64,000 nt of DNA from Calditrichales bacterium (GTDB lineage Bacteria; Calditrichota; Calditrichia; Calditrichales; J004). Both the position numbers and the translations under genes were made by a program. Below, in pieces: positions 31,658 through 40,986 of this stretch. The notes below the pieces were generated by a model. It was not told the DNA's origin. It saw only the letters and a program-made list of their open reading frames with translations, and made no database searches. The stretch's first letter is position 1; each line of letters opens with the position of its first letter. The stretch is from contig OZ254086.1 of NCBI GenBank assembly GCA_965267575.1, positions 3,872,001-3,936,000 on the forward strand, given 5' to 3'.

Positions 31658-32272
31658 ATGATAAAATGGCTGATATTTAGCGCTGTTTGTGCCCTCGCTT
31701 TTTCCTGCACTGACCTGTTTTCCACGCGTGAAGACCAGGTCGAAGAGCCGGATGAAGGCTCGCTCAGCGGTATTTATGAAGAACCGACCACACCCGAAAA
31801 TGTGCTGCGCAATTTTTCCCGCTCCCTGGAAAGAAAGGATGTTCCCAAATACATGGACAGCTTTGCCAACCCTTCCTTTGAAGGCGCGCATACATATCGC
31901 TTTTTTGGCGATCCGCGCTATGCCGAAGATTTTCTGCAAAGCTGGGGCTACCAGGATGAGTTTACCTATATAAATAATGTCGTCAATGGTCTGAATGACC
32001 CGATCATCCGCTTTTCCATTATTGATTCCGTGGCCTTTACTCCTATAAATTTTCTGGCGGCAGACGATTCTGTCATCAGCGATTTTTTCTCGTATCAGCT
32101 GGTTGTGGAAACACGCGACAGCGTCCGGATTTATATGGGCGACACACGGCTGAAGCTTTACCGCGAGAAGGAACTCGCCAACGAACCCTGGCTTATCTAC
32201 GAATGGACTGATCGCGAATTACCCGGCGAGAACGCCCAAAGCTGGACCTTTTTAAAACTGGAAAATCGCTAA
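31658..32272 (+). CDS. Uncharacterised lipoprotein (possible NTF2/SnoaL-like fold), paralog of the next gene
   Basis: Lipobox AFSC; TPENVLRNF...KD...WG...WLIYEWTD. Alternative start at 31637. Confidence 0.75.
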   Translation: MIKWLIFSAVCALAFSCTDLFSTREDQVEEPDEGSLSGIYEEPTTPENVLRNFSRSLERKDVPKYMDSFANPSFEGAHTYRFFGDPRYAEDFLQSWGYQDEFTYINNVVNGLNDPIIRFSIIDSVAFTPINFLAADDSVISDFFSYQLVVETRDSVRIYMGDTRLKLYREKELANEPWLIYEWTDRELPGENAQSWTFLKLENR

Positions 32273-32275
32273 GCT

Positions 32276-32797
32276 GTGAAATACGCATATACCGTTTTAA
32301 TAGCCCTGTTTCTGGTGGCTGTACTGGTTGCCTGTAACCCCTTCGCCCCATCCTTAACGGATGACCAGGCCGGGGCCACGGCCATTCTTACCGAGCAGAG
32401 CACCCCGCAGGAGGTAATGACCAATTTCAGCTACGCCTATAATTTTAAGGACTCGCTCGTTTACAGCGATCTGCTGGACAGCAGTTTTGTTTTTGTATCC
32501 AAGAATTTTTCCACCAACCCGGTTACCGATATCACCTGGGGCCGGGATACGGATATTCGCACAACTGTGGCGCTTTTCCGCCATTTTCAGACATTAAACC
32601 TGATCTGGGGCGGTACGCTGCGTGAGGTTTATCTGGATGAAGACAGCACCACGGTGGAATTAAAACAGGTATTTCAGCTTACCCTGAATGGCGGCGGAGA
32701 TATCCCGACGCTGAATGGCGAAGCACAATTTATTCTAATAAAAAAACCTTCCGGCATATGGAAAATTACGCGCTGGGAAGATTTGTCTACTTTTTAA
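32276..32797 (+). CDS. Uncharacterised lipoprotein (possible NTF2/SnoaL-like fold)
   Basis: GTG start, lipobox LVAC; TPQEVMTNF...KD...WG...WKITRWED. Confidence 0.78.
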   Translation: MKYAYTVLIALFLVAVLVACNPFAPSLTDDQAGATAILTEQSTPQEVMTNFSYAYNFKDSLVYSDLLDSSFVFVSKNFSTNPVTDITWGRDTDIRTTVALFRHFQTLNLIWGGTLREVYLDEDSTTVELKQVFQLTLNGGGDIPTLNGEAQFILIKKPSGIWKITRWEDLSTF

Positions 32798-32822
32798 TGA
32801 ACGGATTTTTACTGGAGGAACC

Positions 32823-33533
32823 ATGCACCGCATAGCACTGGATGTTGACCCGATCGCCGTTGTCCGTAACATGCTTGGCAAAAAAGAGCCCGATCCTTTA
32901 AGCGCCATAATTCTCGCCGAACTGGGCGGCGCCGAATCCATCGTCTGCTACCTGCGCGATGACGCCAAAACGGTCAGCGAGCGCGACGTGCAGCTTTTCC
33001 GGCAGGTTGTAAAAACGCACCTCAATGTTAAAAGCAACATCAACGAAGAAAACATTCGTAAACTTATACGCTTGAAAGTGGACATGATAACCTTTGTGGC
33101 GCCGGGCGCCGTTAACAGCAAAGCCGCCGCGCCGCTTAACGTGGAAAACTACGCCACGCAACTGCAAAACTATATCGCCGAACTGCGCTCCAATAACATT
33201 CTTTCGTCCATTCTGATTGAGCCGGAGATTGGCGAGGTGAAGGCCGCCGGCAAGCTGGAATTTGATTACGTGGAACTGGACGCATCCGCCCTGACGACTT
33301 CCGAGGATATGCAGGAAGAGCTCTCCGCGCTGGAGAATTTTTCGTCCATGGCGCTGGCCGCCAACAAACTGGGCATGGGCGTCAACATTTCCGGCGGCAT
33401 CGGCTACGAAAACGTTCGCGAGGTGGCCGCACTGGATTTTATTGAGGATATCATCATCGGGGAGCCGGTGCTGATCAAATCGCTTTATATCGGTTTTGAA
33501 CAGGCGCTGCGCGACTTGCAGGCGCTGATTTAA
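32823..33533 (+). CDS. PdxJ (pyridoxine 5'-phosphate synthase)-like protein, catalytic residues degenerate
   Basis: Full-length colinearity with PdxJ (RN..G..EPDP, LRDD...ERDV, LGMGVN..G..YENV); strong SD GGAGG; most active-site residues replaced. Confidence 0.85.
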   Translation: MHRIALDVDPIAVVRNMLGKKEPDPLSAIILAELGGAESIVCYLRDDAKTVSERDVQLFRQVVKTHLNVKSNINEENIRKLIRLKVDMITFVAPGAVNSKAAAPLNVENYATQLQNYIAELRSNNILSSILIEPEIGEVKAAGKLEFDYVELDASALTTSEDMQEELSALENFSSMALAANKLGMGVNISGGIGYENVREVAALDFIEDIIIGEPVLIKSLYIGFEQALRDLQALI

Positions 33534-33555
33534 TCCAACGGGAACCGCCTGCATT

Positions 33556-36051
33556 ATGCCTATAAAATTTAAACATATATTTGGATTGTTTTTGTTGTTC
33601 GGTACGCTCTCAGCCGAAACAGTCAGCTATGACTGGGGAGCCGTGCGACAGGCCGATGGCCATGAGAATATTGTCGCTCTTTTCCGCATGGAAAACTGGA
33701 GTGTTCAGGTCGACGGGGAGCAGCAAAGTAACGTCGCCCTGCCCTTTGTGACGACGGAGATAAACACATTTACATGCAGCAATAATTTTGAACTGACCGA
33801 CAGCACCTTCAATGAAGCATCCTGGTTTTTTAGCGGTTTTGGCTTTAAAGGCAAAGTGGGTGTATTCATCAACAACAATCTTATATACAGTCAGTACGGC
33901 AGTAACACGCCTTTCTCCGTAAGGATCCCCGCGCCTTTTCTGCGTCTGGGCAAAAACGAAATTGAACTCCGCTTCGAAAACGATCCGCAAAATCCCGCCG
34001 ACAACTTCCCCCGTTTTGTACACATGCTTTCGGAGCCTGATTACTGCGGACCTGCGCGGCCCTTTTTCCTGGAAAAGCGACCAAACGCTTTTATAGAGCA
34101 ATGGCAGTATAATACAATCATTGATGAAAACCGGCCGCGTTTACAATATAACTTTGCGCTTAACGAAAAGGCGCTGCAAAACTTGTCATCGCGGGAAAAC
34201 CTTAGTGTCGAAATCCGCCTCACGGATGCAAACGGCAATAGCTGGCAAACGGAACTCACCGGAGTTTCGCCGGACAGGCTCAGCTACTCGGGCAGTTTCG
34301 GCATAGCGGCGGACAGGCTGTGGCGGCCGGACAATCCGCAAATACACACGGCAGAGTTGCGTCTGCGCCGTTTCGGGCAGGTGGTCTCTGCACAAAGTTT
34401 CCCGCTTGCGCTGCGCGCCCTGCGTGTTGAAAACAATCAATTGCTGCTGAACGGTAAAAAGACAAAAATTAGCGGTATTGTCTATCACGAAAACTTGAGA
34501 ATCGCCAATACGCCGGACCATTACCTGGAAGACCTGCGAAATATTCGCGCCCTCGGCTACAATGCCGTCCGCACCAGCGGCTTTGTACCGGACAGGCGCT
34601 TTTTCAGCATCGCCGATACGCTGGGTATGCTCGTTTTTGCGGAGCTGCCGCCTGCCCGTTATCCATCGGAGTTATACCAGCGTGACGATTTGCTGGAAAT
34701 AAGCCGTACCACCATCCAGCACATAAACCGCGTTCTTGCCGGACACCCTTCATTTGTAGCGCTTGGACTGGGCAGGCATATCAATATCCATTCTTCCGCG
34801 GCACAAAAATTCTATATCATCCTGGATGAACACCTGTCCGAAATGCCGCGCGTTCTCAGCTACATTACGCCGGTTAACGTGGAGGGCAATCTGGCCGACG
34901 TGGCCGTAACCGATTTCATGTTGTGGGAAGATTATAACCGTCCCGCGCAAAGGCGCAGTCTTACGGGACAGTTTCTGGGCGCGGCAAACGCCGGGATCGC
35001 CATGGTTTTTGATAAGGACCACGCGGCCTTATCGCTTCTGCAAAAGCGCATATTTATCCGCGATGAGCTGGCCTACCTGGCGGACAGCCTCAATATTCAC
35101 CAGGGCTTTTTTGAAAGCTACCGCGACTGGCGCGTGGATTACACCTTCGCAGCGGGCAGCCTGGGCGCACCCGTCGGAGACAGGCGGATAAGCAGTGGTC
35201 ACGTAGACACGCTCAATAACGTCAAAGACTGGGTAAGGGAGTTTCCCGCAGGCGTCTGGGACAGTCCGCAAAGTCCGGCCTCCGGCAGCACCGAAGGCGG
35301 GCGGCCCTCCACGGTTTTTTCGGTAGTCATGTTTTTTGGCTCTTTGCTGTTTTTCATTTTTTACAGGCAGTACCCGCGCTTCCGAGAAAACTACCGCCGC
35401 GCCATACGTCACCCCTACGGCTTTTTCGTGGACATGCGTGAGCGACGCATCATTCCTGTTTTTAACACCTTTATGGTCAATATGCACAATGTGCTGATCA
35501 TGTCTGTTTTTGTGGCCGCCTTTATCTACTCATGGCACAACAGCTACTTGTTCCGCGAAATCAGCGGCCTGCTTATCGGGGCCGCAGAGCCACACGCTTA
35601 CGTTCTGTGGATCGCCAATAACCCATTCGCGCTTATTGGCACGCTTTTCGTGCTGTTTTTCTTTTACCCGATCGTAATCGGGCTGGTCCTGAAATTTATT
35701 GCGCTTTTCAGACGCCATCGCCTACGGACGCGCCAGGCCATGGCCGTGGGCATGTGGGCCGCCGCGCCGTTTATTTTCATGTTTCCGTTAAGCCTGGCCG
35801 GTTACCATTTGTTCGTTTACGGGCAGTTCACAGATTGGCTGTTTTATATTTTTGCCTTGTTCCTGATCTGGGCGCATTACCGCCTTATCAACGGCATCCG
35901 CGTACTTATGCTGGCGCGTTTCAGAACAGTTTTTATTCTGCTTCTATTGTCTTACATGGTACCGGTTGTTATCTTTCTCGTCTTTTTTAACCCACAACCC
36001 CTGTGGTTCAGCTATCTTGAGCTGATACTAAAATCCCGGGTTTTGTATTAG
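33556..36051 (+). CDS. GH2-like secreted domain (degenerate active site) fused to a C-terminal polytopic membrane domain
   Basis: Signal peptide; LRLGKNEI, LWRPDNPQIH, LLLNGK, GYNAVRTS, ADTLGMLVFAE and HPS motifs of GH2; about 6-7 hydrophobic segments in the last ~245 aa. Confidence 0.78.
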   Translation: MPIKFKHIFGLFLLFGTLSAETVSYDWGAVRQADGHENIVALFRMENWSVQVDGEQQSNVALPFVTTEINTFTCSNNFELTDSTFNEASWFFSGFGFKGKVGVFINNNLIYSQYGSNTPFSVRIPAPFLRLGKNEIELRFENDPQNPADNFPRFVHMLSEPDYCGPARPFFLEKRPNAFIEQWQYNTIIDENRPRLQYNFALNEKALQNLSSRENLSVEIRLTDANGNSWQTELTGVSPDRLSYSGSFGIAADRLWRPDNPQIHTAELRLRRFGQVVSAQSFPLALRALRVENNQLLLNGKKTKISGIVYHENLRIANTPDHYLEDLRNIRALGYNAVRTSGFVPDRRFFSIADTLGMLVFAELPPARYPSELYQRDDLLEISRTTIQHINRVLAGHPSFVALGLGRHINIHSSAAQKFYIILDEHLSEMPRVLSYITPVNVEGNLADVAVTDFMLWEDYNRPAQRRSLTGQFLGAANAGIAMVFDKDHAALSLLQKRIFIRDELAYLADSLNIHQGFFESYRDWRVDYTFAAGSLGAPVGDRRISSGHVDTLNNVKDWVREFPAGVWDSPQSPASGSTEGGRPSTVFSVVMFFGSLLFFIFYRQYPRFRENYRRAIRHPYGFFVDMRERRIIPVFNTFMVNMHNVLIMSVFVAAFIYSWHNSYLFREISGLLIGAAEPHAYVLWIANNPFALIGTLFVLFFFYPIVIGLVLKFIALFRRHRLRTRQAMAVGMWAAAPFIFMFPLSLAGYHLFVYGQFTDWLFYIFALFLIWAHYRLINGIRVLMLARFRTVFILLLLSYMVPVVIFLVFFNPQPLWFSYLELILKSRVLY

Positions 36052-36064
36052 GTGAACAGAATAT

Positions 36065-39000
36065 ATGTATTTATCAAAGCTTCATATTTTAGGGTTTAAG
36101 TCGTTCGCGCAAAAAACCATTTTGGATTTCTCGGACGGCATAACCTGCGTTATCGGGCCAAACGGCTCAGGCAAATCAAACATTGTGGATGCCATCCGCT
36201 GGGTATTGGGCGAACAGCGTGTCAGCTCGCTGCGCAGCGATAAGATGGAAAACGTGATCTTCAACGGCACAAAAGCGCGTAAGCCAATGGGCATGTCCGA
36301 AGTGAGCATGACCATACAAAACAACAAAAAGATCCTTGATACCGAATACGACGAAGTTGTTATTTCCCGGCGATTGTATCGTTCCGGGGAAAGCCAGTAC
36401 CTGATTAACCAGACGCCGGTGCGGCTGCGCGACGTTGTGGATCTTTTCACCGATACCGGCATGGGCGCCAACTCCTACTCAGTGATCGAGCTGAAGATGG
36501 TGGAAAGTATCCTCAGCGACAACAAAGCCGAACGACGCCAGCTATTTGAAGAAGCCGCGGGCATTGTGAAATACAAAACGCGGCGCCGTTCTGCCCTGCG
36601 CAAGCTGGAACAAACCGAAAACGACCTGGATCGCGTCAACGACATAATCATCGAAGTGGAGAAGACCGTTAATTCGCTGAGCCGTCAGGTTTCCAAAGCA
36701 AGGCGCTATATCGAGTACACAGACAATCTGAAAAAGCTGGAAATCGATCTGGCCACCTTCCGTTATCACCGGTTTATGGACCGCCTGAAGCCACTGGAAC
36801 GGGAACTCAAAGCCGCCAGCAGGGAAAAAGAAGAAAGCCACCACCAGATCACACTGGAAGAGGCGCTCCTGGAAGACTATAACCAGCAGACCATCCGCTA
36901 TGAGCAATCGCTGCAACAGCTTAACGGCAGCCTTTACGAAAAAGACAATGCCATCCGCAACCTCAATCAGGAAGACGCCATTGCTGAAGCCAAAATTGAG
37001 GAAATGAAGAAAAACCGCGAACGCTATCTGCAGGAAATTGAAGCCTTTGAACAAAAAGCGGCGCATCTCGGAGAAGACAGTTCCACGCACGAGCAGGAGC
37101 TTGGCGAGCTGCGCGCCGAACGCGACAAGCTGGAAAGCTCATTTGCAGAGATCGCCGGCCGGCGTGACGAAGAGCTGAGCGTTATGAATCGCGAAAAAGC
37201 AGAGATTGACGCCCTGAACAAGCGCTTCCGCGACGAGATGCAAAAGCTGGCGCAAAAAAAGGACGAGCTGCAGCAGAAAGAGTACCGGCTGGCTTTTGAC
37301 CAGGAAAAGATACAGGAGTTAAATGATGCCATCGGCGGCCACAGTGATGACAGCGAAAGCCTGACGCGGCAGATTGAGCAGGGCCAGCACGAAAAAGAAG
37401 AGATCGGCAAAGAGCTGGACGAATTAAAGAACAACCTGACCAACCTGCAGAGCGAATCCACCGAACTGGAACAGAAGCTGGCCGCGGCCCGCCACAATCA
37501 TAACGCCATCGTTTCCGAAACCGAGCGGGTGCGTTCTCGCCAGAAGTTTTTTCAGAATATCATCAGCAATTACGAGGGCCTTGCCAAAAGCACGCAATTC
37601 GTTATGAACCGTCGCGCGCAATACAAAGGCCTGTTTGGCCCGCTGGTGGAAATTATCGACACGCCGGACCACTACGCGGGGCTGGTGGAAACGCTGCTTG
37701 GAGATCAGCTCAACTACCTTGTTGTCGAAAATGTCGATGCCGCTATGAACCTGCTGAACGATGTGCGCCGCTCCGAGCAGGGCCGCGTTACCTGCATCCC
37801 GCTGGATCGCGTGGAAGGTATTGCCCCGCCCCGGCCGGATGGTACGCCGCCGGCACAACTCAATCTTCTGATAAATCATATCCGTTGCGAAGAACGTTTC
37901 CGGCACCTGCTCAATATCCTTCTCGGTGATGTGGCGATTGTAGATTCGCTTGAAGAAGCCGCGCGTCTGGCAGACAAGAATCAAGGGCTGCGTCTGGTGA
38001 CCGCCGGCGGCGAAATGTTCAACTTTAACCGCGAGATAACCGGCGGCTCCGAGGCGGAAAAGAAGGAAACGGCGCTTATCACTCGCAAGAACAAGCTTAA
38101 AGAGCTGGAAAAACAGCTTGCCGAATTAGAAAAAAAGAGCAAAGACGCCGAAGCGGATATCGCCGATATCAGTCGTGCGATCGAGGTGAACCGTATGCGC
38201 CGTGAAGAAACGGGAGATAAGCTGGACGAACAGCGAGGTTTCTATCACGAAGCCGATAAAAAGCTGAGTCAGTTGAACTATGAACTCAACACGCGGCAGA
38301 AGCAGCAGGAAGCAGCTTCCTCCCAGATTGAGAGACTTAACCAGCAGATCACTGAGCTGGAAAAGGATATCGGCGCTCTAAAAAGCCAAGTCTCGGAAGA
38401 TCAGCAGCGCGTCAACGAATTGGAGCGCGAAACGATCAGCCGCAGCAATGCTTTTGAGAAACAGAGTGACGCCTTCCAGGCTTTGTCCGAAGAATACCAG
38501 GACATCCAGTTGCAGCTCAGCAGTGCGCGCAACCGTGTAATCAATCGCGAAAACGATATTAAGCGTATTGAAGAGAGCATTAATGAATTAAACGCAAGTA
38601 TCGAAAGACGCAAAACTGAGATTGAGAACACGGCCGGTAACGTGGAGCAATTACGCGAAGCCATTGAAGACCGCAAAGGCAAGCGGCAATCCATCTGGGA
38701 AGAACGCGACGCGCTGGACAAGCAGAAGCAGGAATTGGAAAAAGAATTTCAGGAGGTGAAGGACAAACGCCACGAACTGGAAACTCAGATAAAAGAGTAC
38801 CGCCGTCGCCACGATTCTTCACTGGAAAAATCCAAGAAGCTGGAAATCGAGATCAACCAGCATACATATCAGGCGGAAAACATCCGCAGCCATATCCAGA
38901 AAGAGCATAACAGCGACGTGGACGCGTTGATACCAAATGAAAATCTCGATGAGAATGAAACCGAAGAAAACATCGAATCGTTGAAAACAAAGATAAAAAA

Positions 39001-39595
39001 TCTGGGCGCTGTCAATCCGTTGGCTGTAAGCGAATATGACAAGGAAAGCGAACGGCTAAACTTCTTAACCAGCCAGCGCGACGACCTGATGAAAGCAGAA
39101 CAGTCTCTGCTGGAAACCATCGACAAAATAAACAAAACCGCGCGCAAACAATTTTCCGAGACATTTGAAGCAATCCGGGTGAATTTTGAGCGCGTGTTTA
39201 ACTCCTTTTTTCCCAACGGCGCGGGCACAATCCGTATGGAGAATACGCACGATCCGCTGGAAGCTGAAATTGACATTGAGGTGACGGCTAAGGGCCGCCA
39301 GTTGCAAACGCTTTCGCTGCTTTCGGGTGGCGAAAAGACGCTCACGGCTATTTCGCTTTTGTTCGCGATTTATCTGGTAAAACCAAGTCCGTTCTGCATA
39401 TTGGACGAAGTTGATGCGCCGTTGGACGATGTAAACATCGGGCGCTTTACCGATGCCCTGAACCAATTTTCAGACAACACACAATTTATAGTAGTTACCC
39501 ACAACAAAAGGACCATGGAAGCGGCTGAAACCATGTATGGGATCACGATGGAAGAAGAAGGTATTTCCAAGGTCGTTTCCGTGAGGATGAACTAA
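36065..39595 (+). CDS. smc: Chromosome segregation protein SMC
   Basis: GFKSF, Walker A GPNGSGKSN, coiled coils, central hinge, LGAVN, LSGGEK, Walker B ILDEVDAPLD, VVTH. Confidence 0.98.
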   Translation: MYLSKLHILGFKSFAQKTILDFSDGITCVIGPNGSGKSNIVDAIRWVLGEQRVSSLRSDKMENVIFNGTKARKPMGMSEVSMTIQNNKKILDTEYDEVVISRRLYRSGESQYLINQTPVRLRDVVDLFTDTGMGANSYSVIELKMVESILSDNKAERRQLFEEAAGIVKYKTRRRSALRKLEQTENDLDRVNDIIIEVEKTVNSLSRQVSKARRYIEYTDNLKKLEIDLATFRYHRFMDRLKPLERELKAASREKEESHHQITLEEALLEDYNQQTIRYEQSLQQLNGSLYEKDNAIRNLNQEDAIAEAKIEEMKKNRERYLQEIEAFEQKAAHLGEDSSTHEQELGELRAERDKLESSFAEIAGRRDEELSVMNREKAEIDALNKRFRDEMQKLAQKKDELQQKEYRLAFDQEKIQELNDAIGGHSDDSESLTRQIEQGQHEKEEIGKELDELKNNLTNLQSESTELEQKLAAARHNHNAIVSETERVRSRQKFFQNIISNYEGLAKSTQFVMNRRAQYKGLFGPLVEIIDTPDHYAGLVETLLGDQLNYLVVENVDAAMNLLNDVRRSEQGRVTCIPLDRVEGIAPPRPDGTPPAQLNLLINHIRCEERFRHLLNILLGDVAIVDSLEEAARLADKNQGLRLVTAGGEMFNFNREITGGSEAEKKETALITRKNKLKELEKQLAELEKKSKDAEADIADISRAIEVNRMRREETGDKLDEQRGFYHEADKKLSQLNYELNTRQKQQEAASSQIERLNQQITELEKDIGALKSQVSEDQQRVNELERETISRSNAFEKQSDAFQALSEEYQDIQLQLSSARNRVINRENDIKRIEESINELNASIERRKTEIENTAGNVEQLREAIEDRKGKRQSIWEERDALDKQKQELEKEFQEVKDKRHELETQIKEYRRRHDSSLEKSKKLEIEINQHTYQAENIRSHIQKEHNSDVDALIPNENLDENETEENIESLKTKIKNLGAVNPLAVSEYDKESERLNFLTSQRDDLMKAEQSLLETIDKINKTARKQFSETFEAIRVNFERVFNSFFPNGAGTIRMENTHDPLEAEIDIEVTAKGRQLQTLSLLSGGEKTLTAISLLFAIYLVKPSPFCILDEVDAPLDDVNIGRFTDALNQFSDNTQFIVVTHNKRTMEAAETMYGITMEEEGISKVVSVRMN

Positions 39596-40986
39596 TGCGA
39601 CGTTTAGTACTTTTATTTGTTTTATTACCGCTTTTTGCCACGGCGCAAAATATCCGCGTACTGCCGATTAGCGCCGATTATGCTGTTTTCCCCTTTAATG
39701 ATTCGCTGGCTTATGTGGAAGTGTATGTATCTTTTTTCCGCAACAGCCTGCAATACATTGAGCAGCCGGACAGTTTGCAGGCCAATTTTGAAAGCGCCTG
39801 CCTGCTCACCACAAAAGGCGGCAAGGATACACTTAACTTTGCGCGGCACAAATACCGCAACACCGTGCCCGCCGGAGACACTACGCGCACCATCAGCCAG
39901 TTTGTTGACCTGTTCGGTTTTTTTGTACCCTTTGGAGAACATCGCGGCCATGTGCGCATCAGTGACCTGAATGCGGGAGTGCAGAGCGAATATGAGCTTA
40001 ATGTGATTGTGCCGCAGCGTGGCGAGAAATTTAATCTCTCGTCCATTGAACTGGCCAGTAAAATCACGCGCAGTGAAGGTCCCTCTTTATACTCAAAAAA
40101 CGGGTTGCGCGTTGTACCCAATCCGCGTAACAGCTTTGAAATATTCCAGCCCATGCTCTACTACTATGTGGAGCTGGATCGTCTTAGCCACATGCCGGAA
40201 GAGGAATCGACTTACGAAGTACATTATTTTGTGACCAACAGCGAAGGCGATACCGTAAAAAGCGGGGAGACGAAGCAGAAATCGATTGCGGCCCCGACCA
40301 TGGTGGAAGTGGGCGGTTTTAACACCATGGCCCTTTCCCGCGGCTACTATTTTTTAAACATCCGCGCAACGGATCATTTTAGCGGCATAAGCGATACGAC
40401 GCGCAAACGCTTTTTTGTGTTCAAGATCCAAAAAGCGGACAGCGTTGCCGCCAGCGCCAAGGCAGAAGTATATGCCGTTTACCAGGGTATGACAACGGAA
40501 GAGCTTGCCGAAGAGTTCCGGATGGCGCGCTATATCACCAGCCGTGAAGAAGAAAAGGTATTTGAAAATCTTGAAGCGGCCGAGGCCATGCGTCGTTTTC
40601 TCACCGAGTTCTGGCGCCGACGCGATAATCAAAACCAGGTACCTGACGGCATGAGCCGCAGAAGTTATCTGGAATTGGGCGAAGATGCCAACAGCCGATT
40701 CAGTTCCATCTACCGTAAGGGCTGGCAAACCGACCGCGGACGCGTGCTGATGATTTACGGAAGGCCCAGCGAGATACAAAGTTTCCCTAACTCATCCGAC
40801 TACCTGCCTTATGAAATCTGGCAATACTACCAGCTGGAGGGCGGAGCACAGTTTATCTTCTGCGACAAAACGGGGTTTGGCCAGTACGAGCTGATCCATT
40901 CCACATATCATAAAGAGTTGAGTAATCCGGATTGGCAGAGCGTTGTGAGCAAGAACAGCAGCAGGCGTTTTAACGATTTCCGTTAA
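39595..40986 (+). CDS. Secreted GWxTD domain-containing protein
   Basis: Signal peptide; FWRRRD...GWQTDRGRVLMIYGRP...EIWQY; TAATG overlap with the smc stop. Confidence 0.9.
   Translation: MRRLVLLFVLLPLFATAQNIRVLPISADYAVFPFNDSLAYVEVYVSFFRNSLQYIEQPDSLQANFESACLLTTKGGKDTLNFARHKYRNTVPAGDTTRTISQFVDLFGFFVPFGEHRGHVRISDLNAGVQSEYELNVIVPQRGEKFNLSSIELASKITRSEGPSLYSKNGLRVVPNPRNSFEIFQPMLYYYVELDRLSHMPEEESTYEVHYFVTNSEGDTVKSGETKQKSIAAPTMVEVGGFNTMALSRGYYFLNIRATDHFSGISDTTRKRFFVFKIQKADSVAASAKAEVYAVYQGMTTEELAEEFRMARYITSREEEKVFENLEAAEAMRRFLTEFWRRRDNQNQVPDGMSRRSYLELGEDANSRFSSIYRKGWQTDRGRVLMIYGRPSEIQSFPNSSDYLPYEIWQYYQLEGGAQFIFCDKTGFGQYELIHSTYHKELSNPDWQSVVSKNSSRRFNDFR

Noticed and set aside
36065..39595. Wadjet/MksBEF-type or other SMC-based defence system
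   Set aside because: Canonical full-length Smc with a standard hinge; no kleisin, KITE or Toprim nuclease neighbours recognised.
40983..40986. Overlapping convergent stops of the GWxTD gene and nadK as an antisense regulatory system
   Set aside because: A 4-nt TTAA tail-to-tail overlap is common in compact genomes, and there is no further evidence.
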